Positions 53,500-64,000 of a stretch of 64,000 nt of DNA are shown piece by piece. The position numbers and the translations under genes were made by a program. Origin of the DNA: Camelus ferus (Eukaryota); contig NC_045696.1 of assembly GCF_009834535.1 (NCBI RefSeq), forward strand, positions 28,770,001 through 28,834,000. The letters run 5' to 3'. Each line of letters starts with the position of its first letter. Position 1 is the stretch's first letter. Below the pieces are notes generated by a model. It had not been told where the DNA came from and searched no databases. It saw only the letters and a program-made list of their open reading frames with translations.

Positions 53500-53645
53500 G
53501 TTAATATTATTATTACTATTTTAAAGAGTAAGAGATAGGAACTTAGAGAAGTTTAACTTGAGGAAAATTACACAGGTATTTAGTGACAAATATACATCTG
53601 TCTGACAGCAAAGACTTGTGCTTAACCCTCATACTATATTGCCTT
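53500..53645 (-). mobile_element. MIR SINE fragment
   Basis: ctattttaaagagtaagagataggaacttagagaagtttaacttg...ctgtctgacagcaaagacttgtgcttaacc. Confidence 0.7.
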
Positions 53646-55010
53646 TGATTTTTCCACAAGGTCAATATTTTGCTAAATTAAGTTAGTGTTGTAAAATACT
53701 AGGTGACACAGAGTAGATGTTCAATTCTGAATATAATATTAGTTGATCTGTACTCTGTTATTCCATTTATTGGATTCATATACATTAAAAAAGATAATTT
53801 TCTGTTCTTAGGTACATTATGAGTAAATTACATTGCCAAAAAGTACCAACTAAGGGTGTATCATGGTACTTGGTTAGCTCAATAGTTGCTGAAAATCAAG
53901 ATTTGTTTTAAAATAAAGAATTAATTATCCACCAATATAATATTGAGATGAAGTGTGAAAATAAGAATTAACACGTCTTCTTGCTCATGTAGTAACTTTC
54001 TTATGACATAGCATGTAAGGTACATGGCAGATTCTTTTTTAGCTGTGTATGTTACCTACCCCAACATATCATTTCTATTTTTGAGTAACCTTGTTTTAGT
54101 TATAGAATGGTTATGCATCCTTTCTATGCATCACATACTGATAATAATAAATTAGAAATAATATTCTTGAAATCTCACTTGATAAACCTTTTTGAATTTA
54201 GTAGTAATTAATTCCAAAATTCTATTCTGATTGGTGAATCACGTTACACTTTATGATGACTTTATGGTGAAACTATAGTTTATGGACAGGAGCACATCAC
54301 CATGGCAGTTTTAGTGTCCTTTCTAAGAATACTCCTTTTGACCTTCATCTCTTTACAAAAAGTACACACAATATGAGATTTTCATTTTTTCTCACTGTCT
54401 ATATTTTATTCTCTTTTAAACTGCCTTACTTACATAAATCATTCTCCTTAGATTGGATATTAGTAATTTCATATAAGACAGGAACAATTTGATGGGCAAT
54501 TTAATCTTATTTTGGCAAGGTTAAAAAAAGGCAGGTGTCTTAGAAATCTGTCTGAACTAATTTAAATGATCTCATTTCAAGTGTGACCCAATCAAGGCTC
54601 TTCTATGCTACTAAGTATCAGAATTCCAATGCTTAATAGTCGTTCAGAAAATATAAATATTAATTGCTGTCTTTTTAGGTTCTTGCAGTCAAATGTGCAT
54701 CTGTTATCTTTGATCTCTCTACCTACTGATGTAAATTGCCATGCTTTAATGAAAAAGATAAAGATTCTATACACACAGTGGCTACAACAACATTACAGAA
54801 AGGTAAAAGCATAGAATAGGTTTGCAAGAATTATAGGAAGTAAAAGGAAAACCTGGTATCAACAGCTATAAAGTTTGGGGTCAAAAAATAATTGACTGAG
54901 GTCAAAATCACTTCTTAATAGCTTTATGATACTTCACAATTTTGAATACTTTTTAAAGCAATTCTTCTTTACCTGTAAAATAAGGCTAATAATAGCTACT
55001 ATATAGGCAT

Positions 55011-55564
55011 TGTCTAGCAAGAAACACCTGTTTCCACCTTCAGGAGAGAAATTCCACTGCGTAGAGGAAAACAAAGGACATGGCAATGCTGCCACCAGGA
55101 GCAGCAGTTCCAGGAGGCCAACTCACTGCAGGTGTCAGAGTCACCAAGAAAGACAGGAACTCATGCAGAGACTGGAAAGAACAACACTGTGCTCAAACAT
55201 AAAGAAGAGACAGAGCAAGATCAGCTTCAATAGTGAGCTGCAGTGGCCCATGGTCAGTGGCCCATCACCCCACAACTGACACAGAGAGAGGGTCTGCATC
55301 CACCCCTCATGTGCTGGAGGCAAAGGAAGTTTTCCCTCCTCCCCTGAGAACAGATACAGCCAGGTGCTATGTGATGCACCCACCTTAAGCAGAACAAAGA
55401 AGTATATACATCAAACCCAGAACTGGAAAATATTCTCAAACAAAGGCATGTGGCCTGCACAGGCCGTGAGGCTCCTTCTCTCCTATAAAGAGGCGCCCCA
55501 GACCTACGGCAAGCTCCTGACACTACCATAAAAGGGCGGCTGAGTATGTCTGCCTTTCCTAATA
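55011..55564 (-). mobile_element. Solo ERVL-class LTR (MER54/MER73/MER74-like group) inserted in a MIR
   Basis: Ends tgtctagc...ctgcctttcctaata, 5-bp TSD-like ggcat/ggctt; MIR-like text on both flanks; homologous to 10590-11126. Confidence 0.8.
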
Positions 55565-55868
55565 GGCTTCATTTGAATATTTAATAAAATAATATATGAG
55601 ATATTTAAAATATGTTAAAAATGAATAAACATACCATACTCTTACATATGAAAAAATGTTACACACTGCTTGTTTGAATTAATTTATAGTTCACAGGAAT
55701 TAAAATAAAATTCTAGTAGAATTTCTATTGGAACTTGGAAAAAATGCTCCTAAAATTATATTACTAAAGGAAATACCAAACATATCATAACATATTTTTT
55801 AAATTAAAAATGACTAGACCTACAGCACGAAGATTGGAAAACAACAACTCACAATAAAGAGCAGAACA

Positions 55869-56088
55869 CAGTTGACCCTAGAACAATGGAGGTGTGAACT
55901 TCAATCGTCTACTTACAAGCAGAGTTTTTCCAATAAATAATAGTACTATGTTTACGACCTACACAATAGGTGGAATCTGTAGATAATGAATCTACTGATA
56001 AGAGGCCTGATTATGGGACTGGAGCAAATAGGGATTTTGCCAGGGAAGGTCCTGAAGCCAATCCATCACAGACACTGAGAAACAACTG
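55869..56088. mobile_element. TcMar-Tigger-derived MITE
   Basis: TIRs cagttg.../...caactg followed by TA; internal gattatgggactggagc...ggtcctgaagccaatcc typical of Tigger MITEs. Confidence 0.85.
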
Positions 56089-57029
56089 TATTGAAATTTG
56101 AAAATTATTTAATTTGAAGGTTAATGTGTAACTAGCATTAAGTGCATATTTAATGTCTAGATTAATGCTAGTGAATTAGCAGGACTGATATCATTTAATT
56201 ATCAGGAAAACACAGTATGATATTGTCTACCAATTAAGAAAAAACAAGAAAGAATGTAATGAAGCTATGGTCATTGTAATTTGACCTTGCAAGAAATAAT
56301 GCAAACACAGAATCAGGTACGATACAGGGTTTCACAGAACTAAATTTTCACAGTATACCTTTGTATAAAGAGCATGAGCTCTGATGTCTGATTGCCTGAT
56401 ACTGTATTTGAGTTCACCGTAATTCCTATGCTCACAAGTGATATAACCTCTTTATTTCTCAGTCCTCATATCAATTACATGGAAACAATAGGAGTATCTA
56501 CCTTATAGGATTCATGTGACAATAAATAAATTAAAACACATGTAATTCTAACATCATACCACATGAAGTTCTAACACTGTATCATAAGTGCCAACCATTT
56601 CTTTTCTGTATGTAAAACAGAGTAAGGATTAAAATACGAATGTCACACATGTATTTAACATAAACATCATTAGTTTTATAATTAAAACAGATACATGTAT
56701 AATTAAATATACAATGAAAGTTTAAATATGTAACTATATACTACATAATTTGCTTTAGTTTAAGAAATTAAAATTGATTCACCAAGTCATAATTAATTTC
56801 TTGTTTATATATTTTTAAAAAAACCTACCAAACCTCATATCAAACTCATATCAAAATCTCCCCCAAAAAAAGTCTTTGGCAATTTCATTTTTAAAAGACT
56901 CCTGTAATTTTTTTTTATTAATCTTGTTGTATAATTCAGAATCTGTGATCTCCAACAGAGTGTCCAAGTCCTGAAGTTAGTGTCAGACCTCATGGTAAAG
57001 ATTTCATGGATTAGAAGAATTAACATTGT

Positions 57030-58190
57030 TTTAACATTTTTAAATGTCCATACTACCCCAACAATCTACAAATTTTACATAATAACTATTAAAGTCCAGT
57101 GTCATTTTTCACAGAAGCAGAAAAAGTAATCTCCAAATTTGTATGGAACCACAAAAGACCCCAAACAACAAAAGCAATCTTGAGAAAGAAGAACAAAGAA
57201 AGAGGCATGTCACATCCTGCTTTCAAACTATATTACAAAGCTATAGGAATCAAAACAGATTAGTACTAGCATAAAAACAGACACACAGACAAATGAAATA
57301 GAATCAAGAGCCCAGAAATAAAACCATATATACATGGCCAACTAATATTTGACAAGGGATTCAAGAATAGATCATGGGAAAAGGGTAATCTCTTCAATAA
57401 ATAATGTTAAGAAACCTGAAATAGCCACATGAACAAGGTTGAAACCGAACACCTATCTTACACCACTCACAACACATAACTTGAAGTAGATTAAAACTTA
57501 AATATAAGCACTGAATCCATCAAAATCTCCTTGACGTTGGTCTTCACAATGACTTTTGGATTTAACACCAAAAGCTCAGGCAACAAGTGTAAAAATAAGT
57601 GGGACTGCATCAAACTAAAAATCTTCTGCTCAGCAAGAGAAGCAATACATAAAATGAAAATGCAGCCTATACAATGGGAGATAACATTTGCAAACCATAT
57701 ATCTGATGAAGGCTTAATGTCCAAAATATACTAGAAACTACTATAACTCAATAGCAAAAAAAAAAAAAAAAAACAAAAAAAACCCAAAAAACAAAATAGC
57801 CCAATTAAAAAAAATAAGCGAAGAACCTGAATAGACACTTTTCCCAAAATAACAAATGACCAACAGATAAATGAAAAAATGCTTAACATCACTAAACATT
57901 AGGGAAATGAAAAGCAAAGCCACAATGAAATATCACTTCACACTGGTTGGGATGGCTATTATCAGAAAGATAACGAATAACAAGGGTTGAAGAGGATTTG
58001 GAGGAAAGGGAACACTTGTATACACAATTTATGGGAATATAAGTTTATACAGGCACTAAGGAAAACTATGGAGGTTCTTCCAAAAAAACTGAAAATAGAA
58101 TATCATGTGATCCTGCAATTGTACTGTTTGGTATATTCAAAAATTAATTAAAATAGTAAATATCATGTTAAATGTTCTGGCCACAAAAAA
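57030..58190 (+). mobile_element. L1 (L1MA/MB-type) ORF2 3' fragment with deletions
   Basis: aaatgtccatactacccc; tttgtatggaaccacaaaagacccc; NKWDCIKLKIFCSAREAI...WEITFANHISDEGLMSKIY. Confidence 0.92.
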
Positions 58191-60267
58191 TGTACCAATA
58201 TATACATAGATATTTGATCAAATATCTTTTTAAAGAGAAATATAAGAGAAAAGAGGGACAGAGAAATTAAATATATAGAGTCCACATTTATCAAAACTCC
58301 ACTGAAATGAACAAGAATCTCTATATTTTGAGAAAATTCTATTACAAGAGGTTCTGTTTACACCTTGTAAAAGATAAATTTAGATATATTTATACATGTT
58401 TTATTTATATATCTAGAGTGATTCCCAAGAGTTTTTGAGTCTGTATATGTTAACTAAATTGAATTCAAATGATAAAAAAATTTGAAAATATTCTCAACAG
58501 TAGAATAATTCCTGATATTCTCTTAATACAAGAAAGAAAACCTTTTGCCTAAATGTTAAGTAAGTTCATTTAACTATCTTTCTTTAAAGGTTTTATACAA
58601 AATCCTTACAGAGTGAAGTTTTAATGACTGGAATTTCTCTTTACTGTAATGATTTTAAATAAAAGTTGGAAAATTAAGTGAATAGTTAGCCAAAAGGACA
58701 TGTTATCCCAGTTCAGTTTCTTAGCTGTAACTATTTTTATAAATGCCTTATCAGCTATAAAATAGTAAAATTCTTGTATACAATTGGATAAAATAAGTAA
58801 CCATTCAAATGAAAACTGGATACAAATAATATTCATAAGATTAATTAAACTGTTTTCTGTTCTGGGAAAAAATATTTGAAGTCTAATGAAATAAAAATGC
58901 ATTTTTCCACCTGATGTATAGCTCTAATATCAGAAAACATTATTGCAGCTAGGTATTAACAGGTAAGATAAAAAGTATAATAAAAAATATTTCTGAAAAT
59001 GCTAGTCAAAGTAAATGATTTTGTTTTCAGTTGACAGTGACAGAACGGTCAGTGTTACGTTACAATTCCTGCTCCTTCATTTGTCTTTGTCCGTAAAATG
59101 AGGACTGTCAGAGATTGAGAGGGTTGAGCTCATAGCAAATTTAATGTGACTTGCTTTATCTCTGTTCTGAGCAGTGTTTCACAAGATTAAATATTAAATG
59201 TACAGAGCACAGGTGCATCTTCCTTGTTTATAATGAAAAGTTTGTAACTCATGTTTGCTTTTTTTAATCTTGACAAGATCATAAAGTAGATACAGTCTGA
59301 GAAAAGGGGACTATATTCTTAGCAATAAAGTCACGGATGACTGCTTTTAATCATTGTATCTTTGCATATCTTGACACTTTAGAGTTGTGAGTTATCAATT
59401 ATCATTAAGATAGAGAGACAGATATTACCAGTCCAAAATATAATGTTAAAAAATATTACAAAACACATTCAAATTGTGCATGCTTTATTTGTAAGTCTTT
59501 AGATCACTTAAAAAATTTTTGTCAGTGCTTTCTGAGATTATTAGACATATCCATATGTTACCAGTTTACTACATTATTTGTTTTAATACATAATTCATGA
59601 TTTATGATTTTTGAGTTGTTAATTAAATGTGATGGAGAAAATCTATAGCTGTTTTCTCTATCATCTATAGAAACCACATTCATACTCGTCCACAGAGGGC
59701 AGAAGGGGACCAGAGAAGTATGCACTGATTTCCATCTTATACCTTAAGTCTGCACAATCATGTTTAATGATAGACCTAAAGAAGCTAAATAAGAGAGCTA
59801 AACTATCTAGCGTTTTGTGATATATTTCTAGTTTCTTTAGGGTATGCTGAAACCATTCTTTCGTTGCATTGAAAATGATTTCTTCAAAAAAGCTACCTAC
59901 TACCAAATGAATTCATTTGAGTAATAGTCTAGGAAAAAAACAATGCAAGCATTAATTTCATCATGCTGTCTTGGCATTTGGGAGATTGTAATGATCAAAA
60001 AAATATTTGAAAACACAAACAGTTCATGAAATTGGGCTCAGAAGGTAGGAAAAAATCTCTCTGTCTCTCTTCTTTTGCTGTCTCTTCCTCACCCATTTTT
60101 TTTCTTTCTTGTATGATCATAAAAAGTTTGAAGGGAAAATATAAATAAATTTAATGAATTCCCACAGTAATGACTTAGTTTCAGTTGAACTAATTTGGAT
60201 ATATAATTTTCTCAGAATCAAACAACAGCCTTAATTTTTTGAACTACTGGAATTATGTGTTCTCTAC

Positions 60268-60480
60268 TTAGACAGACTGGTTTAAAATCTTAGCTCTGCC
60301 ACTTCATAGCTCTGTAACCTTAGTGATTTTACTTCTCCTCCCTGTGACTCAATTCCATCACTTGTAAAATGGAGGCTGTAATACAACTTCCTAGGGATAT
60401 TGTGAAAATTAAATAGGTTATACACATTTTAAGCAGTATCCAGCATGGAGCAAACGCTATTAAATATTAACTTCTACTAC
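60268..60480 (+). mobile_element. MIR SINE
   Basis: agacagactggtttaaaatcttagctctgccactt...ctgtaacctta...ctcaattccatcacttgtaaaatggagg...gatattgtgaaaattaaatag. Confidence 0.85.
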
Positions 60481-63400
60481 AATATTTTCTTGTTGCAGGC
60501 ATTTCACTTTCAATTTATCATTTTATCTTCACAATAACTTTGGGACATATGTAAGCCATTGTGCCAATTCGTTTCTTCTAGTCCTTTTTCCCTCCCTGCC
60601 TCCTTTCATCCATCCTTCCTCCTTGCTTTCCAATCTTTCTATTAGCATGTAAAGAGCAAGGCACTGTGGTAAGCCCCAGTGCTACAAAAGATATATATGA
60701 CATTAAAACTGCTTGAGAGTTCATCAAAATCTAGGAGAGAAAGACACCGTTTGAGAACATTGCTCACAAAGTGCTCTACTGGATCATTTTAAGGTGATAT
60801 GTCTAGTCGGTGAGGAAGGAGGTACCAGTTTTCAAGAGTCATAACGTGTGCAGCACTGGGCCCTGTAAAATTTAAATATAGGTTACTCGGGCTTTTTGGG
60901 GGGAAGGGTTTGTTTATTGTGTTTTGTTTCATTCTTGATTCCCCCACCCTCATTAGTTGGGATGCCTGTACTACCTATGTGAGCAATAGCTGGTGAAGAC
61001 ATTATATTACCTAAACATTCTTTTTAATTCTTAACATAATTGAGAAATATTTTTTTTTTTGCAGTTTGAAATTTGGATGCTAGACTGTTATCTAGCATTT
61101 GTAGTAAAGTGTGAGCTGAATTCTATCTGCTTGAAAAGATAAGTTATTCTGCTTTTTAACATTCATCCTTCTGCACACATCTTTTATTCAGTTTAACTGA
61201 AGGACAGAATGGAACGAAACAGATAATGAGCTAGCAGCACAGAAGACTAACCTTTTTGAATAATAATAATAATAAAGTACATTTGCTCCCTTAGGTTATG
61301 TTTCAACAGAAAAGACATGGCTCCATCGCGTCAAAAGGAAGTGAAGGCGCCTCTAAACATCAAAATGAAAAATTCAGAAACGCATTATTATTATAGAGGG
61401 AGGATCTGTATGCGAGTGATGTTTATCACAAAACAAACAGGAAAGCTGGGTACTTAAGTAGTAATGAATTTAGTGAATTTAGGGATTATAATAAGGGAAA
61501 ATGCAACAATTAGTTGATGAGATATCTGGGAATTTCTAACAATTAATTTCAATACTGAATAGAAATTGATCAAATTATTGAGATGGAAAAGAATAGCAAA
61601 TGGATCACAGACAAAATAGTGAATTTCTTATACAACACCACCTTCAACAGGGATATGTTTAAATTTCAACTAAATACACACATGATTAGTGTAGCAGACT
61701 GGTATAACGCATTTATGTCAAAGCTATGATTTTTTATATAGGAATTACTTAATTAGGAAGTAAAAAATACTATATTTTGAGTGGCAGTCGATTTTCCTAG
61801 ACCAACCACATCTCTAGAGTTTCATGATGAAGGTCATTAAGTTAATACGACATTCTATCAATGCATTTAAGAACTGACTTAGCTCCAAACTTTTAAATAT
61901 CTCTAATAAATTGAATTTTTCTTAATATAGCAAAGTGCTGACATTATGAATAGTCTTAATGCTCAATTGTGTCATAACAAAATACAATCCAAAAAAGTGA
62001 CTTAAAAATAGCTCTTTCAGGTGCCCCGTGTCATAGTTATTAATTCTTCTGGAATGATTCTATGGAAGGAAATTCCCGTACTGAAGGTCAAATGATCACT
62101 AAAAATACTAAAGGAAAGGGCAGGCCTCCCGGTCATCATTTTGCTGCCTCTTGATAACACTCTTTCTCTTCTTGTTCTTTAGTGACTATGAATGTGAATA
62201 ATTTATAATTTATAACCAGGGAAAATTCAGAATGAACAATAGTGTCTCCTAAACTTAAATTAGAAAATAGCCAGGTTGATTGTGTTACTCTCCTGAAACA
62301 ATTAATGCAGTGTTCTATGAAACCGCTTTTCATTTGAGAATGTCTAGAATGGAAGGAAAATTGAAACAGATATGAAATCTTAAGTAATTCAATTTCATGT
62401 AAATTTATGTATGAAACAAAAAGCAGCATGACAATGAAATCTTCTGGGCTTTAATTTGATTCAAGGCCTGATACATATTTTGACCATCTTTTCTTCATGC
62501 AAAAAGGGAAATACTCCAGATAGAACAAGTCATTGACTGCCTAATGTACATCAGTCAAACTTGCTAACTTATGATGTTTCTCAAGGGTATTGGCTCTTTG
62601 GTACTCGTCAGAAATATAAATGGACAATGTGGCGTGGGTATACTGTGCAATGGAGCAGAGAGGCGTGGCATTCCCTGTGCCATATCCCTTCACTTCAAAC
62701 AACTAATTAATGGTCTGCTGTATATCCTGTTTCCTCAAGGGTCAGAGGTATTGTTAAGAATCCGCAATGTTGCCTGTTTAAATTAAAAGAGATGACAGAC
62801 AGATTCATCTAGGGTGTTAAGCATAAAGGGAAGATAAAACCCTTGTCTCTCTAGGAAGCGCATGCCAACGAACATGAGCTCAGGAAGCCAAGACATAGTG
62901 CCCTTTGGTAAATTTTCATTTATTAAATTTTTAACCCCTTAAGAAAGAAAAATTAAAGGGGGTTCATTCTGAGCAAATAATTTGATATATTTTGCCTGTG
63001 AAGCCACTTCCCTGAATCAATTTCCTGATTAAAACCACTTTGCTATAATCAACAGAATGATTAAAAAAGAAATCACATTTCTAAGAACAGTGTCACCAAT
63101 TTGTAGAATTTTCTTCTCTCTTTTGCTAAGCAAAATACATTATTTAGGTGTGTTTGAATACTGAAGTTTAGAGTTTAGGGCATGTTTAGGTTATAAGAAA
63201 AGAAAATCAGTAAACTTAGGTCAGCTTCATATATTAAATGGGGCAACACTCACAATGAAGTCAAATTTTGCCTTGATATTTACAAAGAAAGCAACTTCTA
63301 ATCGAGCATATGTTAATTATTTTTTGGATTATAAACACTAATAAAAATTGGGATCCTCTTTTTTTCTTTTGTATACTGAGTGTCATTCAATGCTGAGCTA

Positions 63401-64000
63401 TCAGGTAGAAGATCAGAGGCGAATGGAATTCAACACAAAATTAATGCTACAAATCTCTTCCATGTGCTAGACATTCCTCTAAGTACTGGAACTAATGGCA
63501 GACGTCATGAAGCTTACAGTCTTACAGGAATGATACATAAAAACATAAACGTAAATAAAAATTTAGGTAATTACAAATGGTGTTAAACCATATGAATGAA
63601 ATACAAAGTGTGAATTCATGGTAACTGGAAGAAGTCAGTTTAAATAGTGTTGTCAGAGAGCCCTTGAGAAGGTACCATCTAAACCAAAACCTGAGAGATG
63701 ACAGTGGATCAGTTGTAATAAGAACCATGGAGGGAGACATACTCAGTCCCCCAGCAGAAAGAATGGGTTGGGATGTCTGGGAAACAGAAAGGAAGGCATA
63801 GTAGCTAGAAAATAAGGAGCAAGGACACAAATGGTGAGAAGGAAAGAAAAACAGTCAAATCTTCGAGATAACTGTAACCCATAAAAAGCAGTTTTGGTTT
63901 GTTGATGTTTTTCCCTGAACTCAACGGCAGCCATAGCAGTATATGGGAACGGGTGTGGGCATTCCTGGTTTTGTTTTTAAAAGTTCACTCTGGTTGCTTT

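Noticed and set aside
55480..55535. TATAAA/CATAAAA boxes as a host promoter
   Set aside because: Inside an LTR oriented on the minus strand; no downstream gene structure
1..64000. TE strand bias as evidence for a host gene direction; a novel multi-gene system
   Set aside because: L1s and LTRs occur on both strands without clear bias, and no intact coding genes are present to form a system

Overview
AT-rich mammalian genomic DNA, most likely camelid (alpaca/llama/camel). The lineage call rests on a tRNA-Ala-derived Vic-1-type SINE at ~40212-40365 and on L1 3' ends of cetartiodactyl/camelid type. The window looks like a large intron or gene desert. It is dense with decayed transposable elements: L1 of several ages, L2, MIR, solo LTRs (ERV1, ERVL, MaLR, MER21), a ~1.7 kb fossil ERV-L pro-pol fragment, Tigger and MER5 DNA-transposon remnants, and microsatellites. 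I cannot support any host protein-coding gene, RNA gene or CRISPR array; the supplied ORFs are TE remnants or chance. I did not find a convincing new biological system. The best leads are several unique, motif-rich islands that look like conserved enhancers (28.7, 59.0, 61.3, 62.6 kb), a few low-confidence exon or microexon candidates, and a very diverged open L1-RT-like frame behind a strong splice acceptor (9.1 kb). There are also several clear mutational footprints: a microsatellite born inside ERV-L pol, a palindrome-junction duplication and an L1/Tigger/ERV-L fusion junction. TE subfamily names come from my recollection of consensus sequences, not from a database search. Boundaries are approximate unless TSDs are given.
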